DNA of 64,000 bases, from assembly GCA_963695225.1 (NCBI GenBank), contig OY968762.1, positions 2,720,001 to 2,784,000 of the forward strand, written 5' to 3'. The position numbers and the translations under genes were made by a program. The notes below the pieces were generated by a model. The model saw only the letters and a list, made by a program, of their open reading frames with translations, ran no database searches and was not told the origin of the DNA. How positions within the stretch are numbered: the stretch's first letter is position 1; every line of letters starts with the position of its first letter. Source of the stretch: Vulcanimicrobiota bacterium. Lineage in GTDB: Bacteria > Vulcanimicrobiota > Vulcanimicrobiia > Vulcanimicrobiales > Vulcanimicrobiaceae. Positions 56,689 through 64,000 of the stretch are shown here, one piece after another.

Positions 56689-57711
56689 ATGATGAAACGA
56701 AGAATCGACGCGCGAATCGAGTTCGAATTCTTGCGCGCAACGGAAGCGGCAGCAGTGGTCTCGGGCCGGCAAGTCGGCCTTGGAGATAAGAACGGCGTCG
56801 ACCAGGCGGCGGTCGACGCGATGCGGGCGGTGCTCGGCGACGTCGATATCGACGGGCTCGTCGTCATCGGCGAAGGCGAAAAAGACGAAGCTCCGATGCT
56901 CTACATCGGCGAACAACTCGGGACCGGCGACGGCCCGAGCATGGACGTCGCCGTCGATCCGATCGACGGTACGACGTTGGCGTCGAAGGGCGGCCCCGGC
57001 GCGATCTCGGTCGTCGCGGCGGCCGAACGCGGTTCGCTCTTTCGGACGCGCGTCGCCTACATGGACAAGATCGTCGTCGGCCCGCAGGGGCGCGGCGTCA
57101 TCTCGCTCGACGCAACGGTCGAAGAGAATCTGCGCGCGCTCGCGAAGGCGATGCGCCGCCCCGTCACCGAGATCACGGTGGCGTTGCTCGAACGGCCGCG
57201 CAACGAGGAGAAGGTGCGCCAAATTCGAGAATTAGGCGCGCGCGTCCGGCTCTTCTCCGACGGCGACGTCGCGAAGGGCATCATCGCGGTGCAGGAAGAG
57301 CGCGGCCGCGTCGACATGCTGATGGGCATCGGCGGCGCGCCGGAAGGAGTCGTGACGGCGTGTGCCGTCAAGTGTCTCGGCGGCGACATGCAGGCTCGCC
57401 TGTGGTTGCGCGAAGGGCACGGCGAAGAAGAGCTGTGCCGCCAGGAAGGCATCGATCCGAACAAACTCCTCACGCTCGACGATCTCTGTGCCTCCGATCT
57501 CGCGATCCTCGCGGCGACCGGCGTGACGGACGGCGAAATGCTCGAAGGGGTCACGTACGTGCGAGGCAGCGCGTACACTCAGTCGTTGCTCATCTCGTCG
57601 CTGACGAACACCGTGCGCACCGTCGTATCGAAACACGATCTCAACGCGCTGTCGCATCTCCCGACCTTGAACGGTCAATCCAAGAAAGGGACGAAGGAAT
57701 CTCAGTCATGA
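56689..57711 (+). CDS. glpX: Fructose-1,6-bisphosphatase class II
   Basis: VVIGEGEKDEAPMLYIGE, DVAVDPIDGT, YMDK, DGDV, GIGGAPEGV, ATGVTDG. Confidence 0.95.
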   Translation: MMKRRIDARIEFEFLRATEAAAVVSGRQVGLGDKNGVDQAAVDAMRAVLGDVDIDGLVVIGEGEKDEAPMLYIGEQLGTGDGPSMDVAVDPIDGTTLASKGGPGAISVVAAAERGSLFRTRVAYMDKIVVGPQGRGVISLDATVEENLRALAKAMRRPVTEITVALLERPRNEEKVRQIRELGARVRLFSDGDVAKGIIAVQEERGRVDMLMGIGGAPEGVVTACAVKCLGGDMQARLWLREGHGEEELCRQEGIDPNKLLTLDDLCASDLAILAATGVTDGEMLEGVTYVRGSAYTQSLLISSLTNTVRTVVSKHDLNALSHLPTLNGQSKKGTKESQS

Positions 57712-58730
57712 GCAACGACCTCACCGCGATCGCGAAAGCGATGGTCGCTCCCGGGCGCGGCATTCTCGCCGCAGACGAAAGCACCGGCACGTGCCACAAG
57801 CGCTTTGCAAAACTCGGCATCCCGCTAACCGTCGAGGCGCGCCAGGCCTATCGCGAGATGCTGTTCACGACGCACGATCTCGGCAAAGCGATCAGCGGCG
57901 TTATCCTTTACGACGAGACGATTCGTCAATCCAAGAAAGACGGAACGCCGTTCACGAAGGTCCTGGAAGATCAGGGGATCCTCCCCGGCATCAAAGTCGA
58001 CAAGGGGCCGGTCAAGCTCCCGTTCACGCAAGGTGAAAAGATCACCGAGGGGCTGGACGGCCTCGCGGCGCGCATCGACGAGTACGTGCAACTCGGGGCG
58101 AAGTTCGCGAAATGGCGGGCCGTGATCGATATCGGCGCGGGGATTCCGAGCGACCGCGCGATCCACGCGAACGCGCAGGCCCTTGCCCGCTATGCGGCGC
58201 TTTGCCAGGCCGGCGGCCTCGTGCCGATCGTCGAGCCGGAAGTCCTCATGGACGGAGATCATACGCTCGAACGGAGCCGCGAGGTCCACGAACACGTCTT
58301 GCGCGTAACGTTCGAGGAACTCGCGCACGCGGGCGTCGTGCTTGAAAAGATGGTGCTCAAGCCGAGCATGGCGATCTCGGGCGCTTCCGCCCCCGTGCAA
58401 GCATCCGTCGCGGAGGTCGCTGCCGCGACGCTCGAGACGCTGTTGCGCACGGTTCCGGCCGCGGTTCCGGGGATCGCGTTCCTCTCCGGCGGGCAGAGCG
58501 ACGAACTCGCCGCCGCGCACCTCAGCCAAATGAACGTCCTCGCGGCCGGCCGTGCCCCGTGGGCGCTCACGTTCTCCTACGGACGCGCCCTGCACCAGGC
58601 CGCGATGAACGCATGGAAGGGCAGCGAGGCGAACTGGGCCGCGGGGCAAGCGGCGCTCGCGAGGCGCGCCCGCTGCAACAGCGCGGCCGCGTTGGGCCGG
58701 TACGACGTCGCGATGGAAACCGCAGCCTAA
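57708..58730 (+). CDS. Fructose-bisphosphate aldolase class I (eukaryote-type)
   Basis: GILAADES, PGIKVDKG, FAKWR, VPIVEPEV, LKP, FLSGGQS, TFSYGRAL; ATGA-coupled to glpX. Confidence 0.95.
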   Translation: MSNDLTAIAKAMVAPGRGILAADESTGTCHKRFAKLGIPLTVEARQAYREMLFTTHDLGKAISGVILYDETIRQSKKDGTPFTKVLEDQGILPGIKVDKGPVKLPFTQGEKITEGLDGLAARIDEYVQLGAKFAKWRAVIDIGAGIPSDRAIHANAQALARYAALCQAGGLVPIVEPEVLMDGDHTLERSREVHEHVLRVTFEELAHAGVVLEKMVLKPSMAISGASAPVQASVAEVAAATLETLLRTVPAAVPGIAFLSGGQSDELAAAHLSQMNVLAAGRAPWALTFSYGRALHQAAMNAWKGSEANWAAGQAALARRARCNSAAALGRYDVAMETAA

Positions 58731-58793
58731 CCCTTCGACAAGCTCGGGGTGACGGGGTTTTCCGTGTCACCCTGAGCGGAGCGGGCGAAGCTC
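58731..58793. repeat. REP-like inverted doublet
   Basis: CCCTTCGACAAGCTCGGGGTGAC followed by inverted GTCACCCTGAGCGGAGC...; starts directly after the aldolase stop. Confidence 0.65.
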
Positions 58794-58834
58794 AACTCGC
58801 TTCCATGTGGCCCTCCGGGCCACGGGTCGCGCCG

Positions 58835-58945
58835 TTAGCGGTGCCGGTCGCTGCGGGTGGTGCGATAGGCGAGATGCTGCTCGTAGGGCGCGGCGATCGC
58901 GGCGGCGGCGAAGATGATGAAGAGATCGAGCAGGAGTTGCGGCAT
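58835..58945 (-). CDS. Possible 36-aa ORF or gene remnant (MPQLLLDLFIIFAAAAIAAPYEQHLAYRTTRSDRHR)
   Basis: GAGG upstream, hydrophobic N-terminal helix, host-like codons. Confidence 0.35.
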   Translation of the reverse strand: MPQLLLDLFIIFAAAAIAAPYEQHLAYRTTRSDRHR

Positions 58946-59119
58946 GATAGAGCCTCGCTTCGTGGTCTCAAATAGATGGCGGCGGCGCGTCTAAACGCAC
59001 CGTGCGGAAATGGTTCCTATGAGGATATCGGGGAGCGCGCGCTTGCTTCCCACCCCATTTTCCGACTCTTAACAGAGAGCAACGTGGGCAAATGAGTGAG
59101 GCGTGACGAAATTGCGCGT

Positions 59120-61780
59120 ATGCTTCCGCTCACTGACCCCGACCCAAACGAAACCGGCGAATGGCTCGATGCGCTCGACGCCGTGCTGGAGAGGGAGGGG
59201 CCGGCCCGCGCCCGTGCCTTGATCGAACGCCTCGTCGAGCGGGCCCAGCAGGGCGGCGCGCTCGTCGAACTCGGCGTTCAAACTCCGTACGTCAACACGA
59301 TCCCGCTAGCGCTGCAGTCGCCGATGCCGGGCAGTTTCGAATTGGAGAAACGCATCCGCCACTACGTGCGCTGGAATGCGATGGCGATGGTGGTCAGGGC
59401 GAACCGGGATTCGTCGGAACTGGGCGGGCACGTTGCCAGTTTCGCGTCCTCCGCGACGCTCTACGACGTCGGCCTCGATCATTTCTTCCACGGCCCCTCC
59501 GCGACGCACGGGGGAGATCTCGTCTTCTTCCAGGGGCATTCCTCGCCGGGCGTCTACGCTCGCGCGTTCCTCGAAGGCCGGATCTCCGAAGAACAACTCG
59601 TCAACTTCCGGCAAGAGGTGGGCGGACGCGGGCTCTCGTCGTATCCGCATTCCTGGCTCATGCCGGATTTCTGGCAGTTCGCCGTCGTCTCGATGGGCCT
59701 CGGCCCGATCCAAGCGATCTACCAGGCGCGCTTCATGAAGTACCTGCACAACCGCGGCATCGCGGACATGACGGGGCGCAAGGTCTGGGCGTTTCTCGGA
59801 GACGGCGAAACGGACGAGCCGGAATCGCTCGGGGCGATTTCGGTGGCGTCGCGCGAGCAACTCGACAACTTGATCTTCGTCGTCAATTGCAACTTGCAAC
59901 GGCTCGACGGTCCCGTGCGCGGCAACGGCAAGATCGTCCAAGAACTCGAGCGCGTCTTCCGCGGCGCGGGCTGGAACGTGATCAAGGTGATCTGGGGGAG
60001 AAACTGGGACCCGCTGCTTGCGAAGGACCGCTCCGGGCGGCTCGTCCAGCTCATGACGGAGTGCGTCGACGGCGATTATCAGACGTTTAAATCGCGAGAC
60101 GGCGCCTACGTGCGCGAGCACTTCTTCGGGCGCTATCCGGAGACCGCCGCGCTCGTCGCGGATTGGACGGACGAGCAGATCTGGGCTTTGCAACGCGGCG
60201 GGCACGATCCCACGAAGGTGTACGCAGCTTACGCCGCCGCCGTCAAGCACGAGGGAGCGCCGAGCGTCGTTCTCGCGAAGACGATCAAAGGCTACGGCAT
60301 GGGTCCCGCGGGCGAAGGGCAGAACATCGCGCACCAGCAGAAGCATCTCGGCACCGTCGACATGCGGACGTTCCGCGACCGGTTCTCGCTGCCGATCTCG
60401 GATGCCGATCTCGAGAAGATCCCGTTCTACCGGCCGCCCGAAGATAGCCCGGAGATGCAATACCTGCGCGAGCGCACGCGCGAACTCGGGACCTTGCCGC
60501 AGCGCCGGCGCCGCTCCTCGGTGACGCTCGCCGTGCCGGAGCTCTCCGCCTTCGCAACGCAACTGCAGAGCACGGGCGAGCGCGAGATCTCGACGACGAT
60601 GGCGTTCGTGCGCCTGCTCAACACGCTCTTGCGCGACAAGGAGATCGGCCCGCGCGTGGTGCCGATCGTCGCCGACGAAGCGCGCACGTTCGGGATGGAA
60701 GGCCTCTTCCGGCAAATAGGCATCTATTCGCCGTACGGCCAGCTCTACGAGCCGCAAGACGCGGAACAGCTGATGTATTACCGCGAGGACAAGACGGGTC
60801 AATTCCTTCAGGAAGGGATCACCGAGGCCGGCGGCATCTCATCCTGGATTGCCGCCGCGACGTCGTACTCGACGCACGATCAGCCGATGATTCCGTTTTT
60901 CATCTTCTACTCGATGTTCGGGTTTCAGCGCGTCGGCGATCTCGCGTGGGCCGCGGGGGACATGCGCAGTCGCGGCTTCCTGATCGGCGGAACGTCGGGC
61001 CGCACGACGCTCAACGGCGAGGGGTTGCAGCACGAAGACGGGCACAGCCAAGTCTTCGCCTCGTTCATCCCCAACTGCGTCTCCTACGATCCGGCATATA
61101 GTTACGAGCTCGCGACGATCGTGCGCGACGGCCTGCGCCGCATGCTGCACGAGCAAGAGGACGTGTACTACTACATCACGGTCATGAACGAGAACTACGC
61201 GCATCCCGCGATGCCCGAAGGGGCGGAAGAGGGCATTCTGCGAGGGATGTACCTGCTCCGCGAAGGTAACGGCGCGGCGGATGCGCCGCGCGTCCAACTC
61301 CTCGGCTCCGGGGCGATCCTGCGGGAAGTCCTCGCCGCGGGCGAGCTGTTGGCGCAGGATTTCGGCGTCGCGGCGGACGTGTGGAGCGTCACGAGCTTCA
61401 ACGAATTGCGTCGCGACGGCATCGCCGTGCAGCGCGAGAACGTGCTGCATCCCGCGGAAGAACGGAAACGCTCGTATGTCGAGCGCGCGCTCGAAGGGCG
61501 GGCGGGGCCCGTCGTCGCTTCGACGGATTACATCCGGGCCTACGCCGATGGGATCCGCCCGTTCCTCGACCGCCGCTATCACGTGCTCGGGACGGACGGT
61601 TTCGGGCGCAGCGATTATCGCCGCAATCTGCGTGCATTCTTCGAAGTCGATCGCTACTGGGTTGCGCTCGCGGCGTTGCGCGCGCTCGCCGACGAAGGTG
61701 CCGTCGCGGAAGCGCTGGTCGCGCAGGCGATCGAGAAGTACGGCATCGACGCGAACAAACCGAATCCCGTGACGGTCTAG
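59120..61780 (+). CDS. aceE: Pyruvate dehydrogenase E1, homodimeric type
   Basis: D.DP.ET.EWL, GGHVASFAS, QGHSSPG.YAR, GDGETDEPES, NCNLQRLDGPV, DEARTFGMEG; start ATG 59120 or GTG 59096. Confidence 0.96.
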   Translation: MLPLTDPDPNETGEWLDALDAVLEREGPARARALIERLVERAQQGGALVELGVQTPYVNTIPLALQSPMPGSFELEKRIRHYVRWNAMAMVVRANRDSSELGGHVASFASSATLYDVGLDHFFHGPSATHGGDLVFFQGHSSPGVYARAFLEGRISEEQLVNFRQEVGGRGLSSYPHSWLMPDFWQFAVVSMGLGPIQAIYQARFMKYLHNRGIADMTGRKVWAFLGDGETDEPESLGAISVASREQLDNLIFVVNCNLQRLDGPVRGNGKIVQELERVFRGAGWNVIKVIWGRNWDPLLAKDRSGRLVQLMTECVDGDYQTFKSRDGAYVREHFFGRYPETAALVADWTDEQIWALQRGGHDPTKVYAAYAAAVKHEGAPSVVLAKTIKGYGMGPAGEGQNIAHQQKHLGTVDMRTFRDRFSLPISDADLEKIPFYRPPEDSPEMQYLRERTRELGTLPQRRRRSSVTLAVPELSAFATQLQSTGEREISTTMAFVRLLNTLLRDKEIGPRVVPIVADEARTFGMEGLFRQIGIYSPYGQLYEPQDAEQLMYYREDKTGQFLQEGITEAGGISSWIAAATSYSTHDQPMIPFFIFYSMFGFQRVGDLAWAAGDMRSRGFLIGGTSGRTTLNGEGLQHEDGHSQVFASFIPNCVSYDPAYSYELATIVRDGLRRMLHEQEDVYYYITVMNENYAHPAMPEGAEEGILRGMYLLREGNGAADAPRVQLLGSGAILREVLAAGELLAQDFGVAADVWSVTSFNELRRDGIAVQRENVLHPAEERKRSYVERALEGRAGPVVASTDYIRAYADGIRPFLDRRYHVLGTDGFGRSDYRRNLRAFFEVDRYWVALAALRALADEGAVAEALVAQAIEKYGIDANKPNPVTV

Positions 61781-61784
61781 CGCG

Positions 61785-63029
61785 ATGGGCGAGACGATCG
61801 AGATTCGCGTCCCGGACATCGGCGATTTCAAGGACGTCCCCGTCATCGAAGTGCTCGTGCATCCGGGGGACCGCGTCAAGAAAGAAGACCCGCTCATCGC
61901 GCTCGAATCGGAGAAGGCGACGATGGAGGTCCCCTCGCCGAGCGAAGGCGTGATCGGCTCCGTCGCCGTCAAGATCGGCGACAAGGTCTCGCAGGGATCG
62001 TTGATCGTCACGCTCGCCTCCGGGGGCGCGCCCGGAAGCGCGGCGGTACCCGCGCTCGCGCCCGAACCCGCGCCGCCGCGGGCCGAATCCGCACCGGCTG
62101 CGCCGGCCGCGCCGGCGGGTTCGAACGGGCACGTGCATGCGAGCCCGGGGATCCGCCGGCTCGCGCGCGAGTTCGGCGTGGGGCTCGAGCGCGTGCGCGG
62201 CTCCGGGCCGCACGGCCGGATCACGAAGGAAGACGTGCAGGCCTACGTCAAGAGCGCGCTCGCCGGTGCGGCCGTCGTGCCCGGCGGCGGCCCGTTCGCA
62301 GGCATCGCACCCTGGCCGAAGATCGATTTCGCGCAATACGGTCCCATCGAGACGGTCCCGCTCTCGCGCATCAAGCGCATCGCGGGAGCGGCGTTGCATC
62401 GCAATTGGCTGACGATCCCGCACGTGACGAACCACGACGACGCGGACGTCACCGAACTCGAAGCCTTCCGCCTGCAACTGAATGCCGAGAACGCGAAGGC
62501 CGGTCTCAAGGTGACGATGCTCGCGTTCTTGATCAAAGCCGCGGTCGCGGCGCTGCGCAAGTACCCCGATTTCAACGCGTCGCTCGAGGGCGAGAATCTC
62601 GTGCTCAAGCGCTATTACAACGTCGGGTTCGCCGCCGATACGCCGAACGGGCTCGTCGTTCCGGTCGTGAAGAACGCGGATGCGAAGGGGATCTACGAGA
62701 TCGCCGGCGAGACGGCCGGCCTCGCCGAGAAAGCGCGCAACGGGCAGCTCGCTCCGGCGGATATGGCGGGTGGAACGTTCACGATCTCGAGCCTAGGCGG
62801 GATCGGCGGAACGTCTTTCACGCCGATCGTGAATGCCCCCGAGGTCGCGATCCTCGGCGTTTCCCGCGCCGCGATGCGCCCGGTTTGGAATGGTTCGGAA
62901 TTCAAGCCGCGCTTGATCTTGCCGCTTTCGCTTTCGTGGGACCACCGCGTTCTCGACGGCGCAGCCGCCGCACGCTTCAATGCCTGCGTGGCCGCAGTCT
63001 TGGCCGATCTGCGGCGCACGCTGCTATGA
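61785..63029 (+). CDS. aceF: Dihydrolipoamide acetyltransferase E2 (single lipoyl domain)
   Basis: LESEKATMEVP, HASPGIRRLARE, GSGPHGRI, DHRVLDG. Confidence 0.95.
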   Translation: MGETIEIRVPDIGDFKDVPVIEVLVHPGDRVKKEDPLIALESEKATMEVPSPSEGVIGSVAVKIGDKVSQGSLIVTLASGGAPGSAAVPALAPEPAPPRAESAPAAPAAPAGSNGHVHASPGIRRLAREFGVGLERVRGSGPHGRITKEDVQAYVKSALAGAAVVPGGGPFAGIAPWPKIDFAQYGPIETVPLSRIKRIAGAALHRNWLTIPHVTNHDDADVTELEAFRLQLNAENAKAGLKVTMLAFLIKAAVAALRKYPDFNASLEGENLVLKRYYNVGFAADTPNGLVVPVVKNADAKGIYEIAGETAGLAEKARNGQLAPADMAGGTFTISSLGGIGGTSFTPIVNAPEVAILGVSRAAMRPVWNGSEFKPRLILPLSLSWDHRVLDGAAAARFNACVAAVLADLRRTLL

Positions 63030-63031
63030 GG

Positions 63032-64000
63032 CTAGGGGTTCGAGGGCGTCCACGGGTCGCCGGCGAGCGGGAGGTCGGGGCGTAACGCGAAGGCCGCCGC
63101 GCGGGGCGTCCCGTTTCCGAGGACGTAATCGTAATCGTTGCGCGTGGGATACCCGTTGTTCCCAGGCGGATGCCGGTAGACGCGATTTCCGTAGCCGGCC
63201 GCCAACGCATAGATGTACCCGTTCGCGTTTCCGAGGCGCGTGCCGAGCGACTGTTCGGTGACCGCGAGGAGCCCCGCGAACTCCGGCGCCGAGGCGCTCG
63301 TCCCGATCAGTTGATAGAAGTCGCCGCCGATCGCGGTGACGACGGACGTCCGGTCCGGGCCGCACGGCTGGACCGATCCGATCGGGCAGCCGCCCATGTG
63401 CATCGCGATGTCGGGGACCGTTCGCGTCGAGGCGCGCGTGTTGACGAGCTGTTGGTACCACGGCTTGCCGAAGATCCGACTGATCCCGCCGCCCGAGCCC
63501 CAGATCTCGTTCGGCAGCGCGCCTTGCGCGGGATCGAACGTGTCGTAGTAGGCGTTCTCGGAGACGTACGTCGATTTGCGCGACTTCGCGACGGAGGCCG
63601 TCACGAGATTCGTCCCGCCGACCCCGGTCACGTTCGGATCGTCCGCCGGATTCTCGACGCCCTTGACGATGTACGAACTGCTCGGGTCGAGGCAATCGTT
63701 CGCGCCGTTGTCGCCGGAAGACGCGACGAACGTGATGCCTTGCGCGTTCCCTTGCCGGAAGACGTCGTGGAAGCTCGCCAGGATCGACGTGTAGTCGGTC
63801 CCGCCGTTGTACGCCGCCGTGTAGTACAGCTCGCACAAACCGAACGACGAGCTCACGATGTCGGCGCGGTTCTCGTCCACGACCGCTTGATAACCGGCCA
63901 GGATGTTGTCGTCCGAGAGGTCGGGGATGTCGTAGAGCAGCACGTGCGCACCCGGAGCGCTGCCGAGCGACTGTTGAACGTCGAGGCTCGCCTCGTCGGA
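63032..64000 (-). CDS. S53 (sedolisin/kumamolisin) peptidase, C-terminal part (runs off window end)
   Basis: Frame open to 64000: EASLDVQ (E-x3-D), SSGDNG, VGGT, GTSASAP, YDYVLGNGTP. Confidence 0.9.
   Translation of the reverse strand, partial: SDEASLDVQQSLGSAPGAHVLLYDIPDLSDDNILAGYQAVVDENRADIVSSSFGLCELYYTAAYNGGTDYTSILASFHDVFRQGNAQGITFVASSGDNGANDCLDPSSSYIVKGVENPADDPNVTGVGGTNLVTASVAKSRKSTYVSENAYYDTFDPAQGALPNEIWGSGGGISRIFGKPWYQQLVNTRASTRTVPDIAMHMGGCPIGSVQPCGPDRTSVVTAIGGDFYQLIGTSASAPEFAGLLAVTEQSLGTRLGNANGYIYALAAGYGNRVYRHPPGNNGYPTRNDYDYVLGNGTPRAAAFALRPDLPLAGDPWTPSNP

Noticed and set aside
57674..57940. 15-bp direct repeat GTCAATCCAAGAAAG in the glpX end and in fba
   Set aside because: A single short match inside two intact coding regions; nothing suggests an insertion.
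58946..59095. Fluoride or Na+/Li+ riboswitch upstream of the short antiporter-like ORF
   Set aside because: Conserved blocks of those motifs could not be found on either strand.
59120..63029. Absence of lpd after aceEF as a novel PDH
   Set aside because: E3 is often encoded elsewhere and shared; cannot be judged from this window.

Overview
High-GC bacterial chromosomal segment from what appears to be a diderm; gene style suggests Eremiobacterota/Vulcanimicrobiota, which is an unverified inference. Mostly housekeeping: partial PMM/PGM, a GAF-GGDEF-EAL protein, amtB, a cobalamin-riboswitch-controlled B12-type ABC transporter, hflX, a complete nuoA-N operon (interrupted by a LysE gene and palindromic repeats), an acyl-CoA synthetase, ridA, an aldo/keto reductase, a group II PLP decarboxylase, a PucR regulator plus a degenerate GS-like gene, an M-box-controlled MgtE-cytosolic-domain/NRAMP pair, suhB, an alkaline-phosphatase-family enzyme, glpX-fba, aceEF and a partial S53 peptidase. 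The standout is a six-gene secreted-protein operon (30710-42994). Its DUF11-type Ig domains are split into N-terminal donor strands and C-terminal domains lacking that strand, and it encodes a ~1100-aa outer-membrane barrel. This architecture predicts a sortase-free pilus assembled by donor-strand complementation and cross-linked by isopeptide bonds, with chaperone, shaft, base adaptor, pore and two tips. Other notable signals: a covarying ~160-bp structured repeat family flanking nuoLMN at which local G/C skew flips, an unannotated 43-aa membrane peptide behind amtB, and a possible Sm/Hfq-like small protein. All assignments come from reading motifs by eye; no searches were run.
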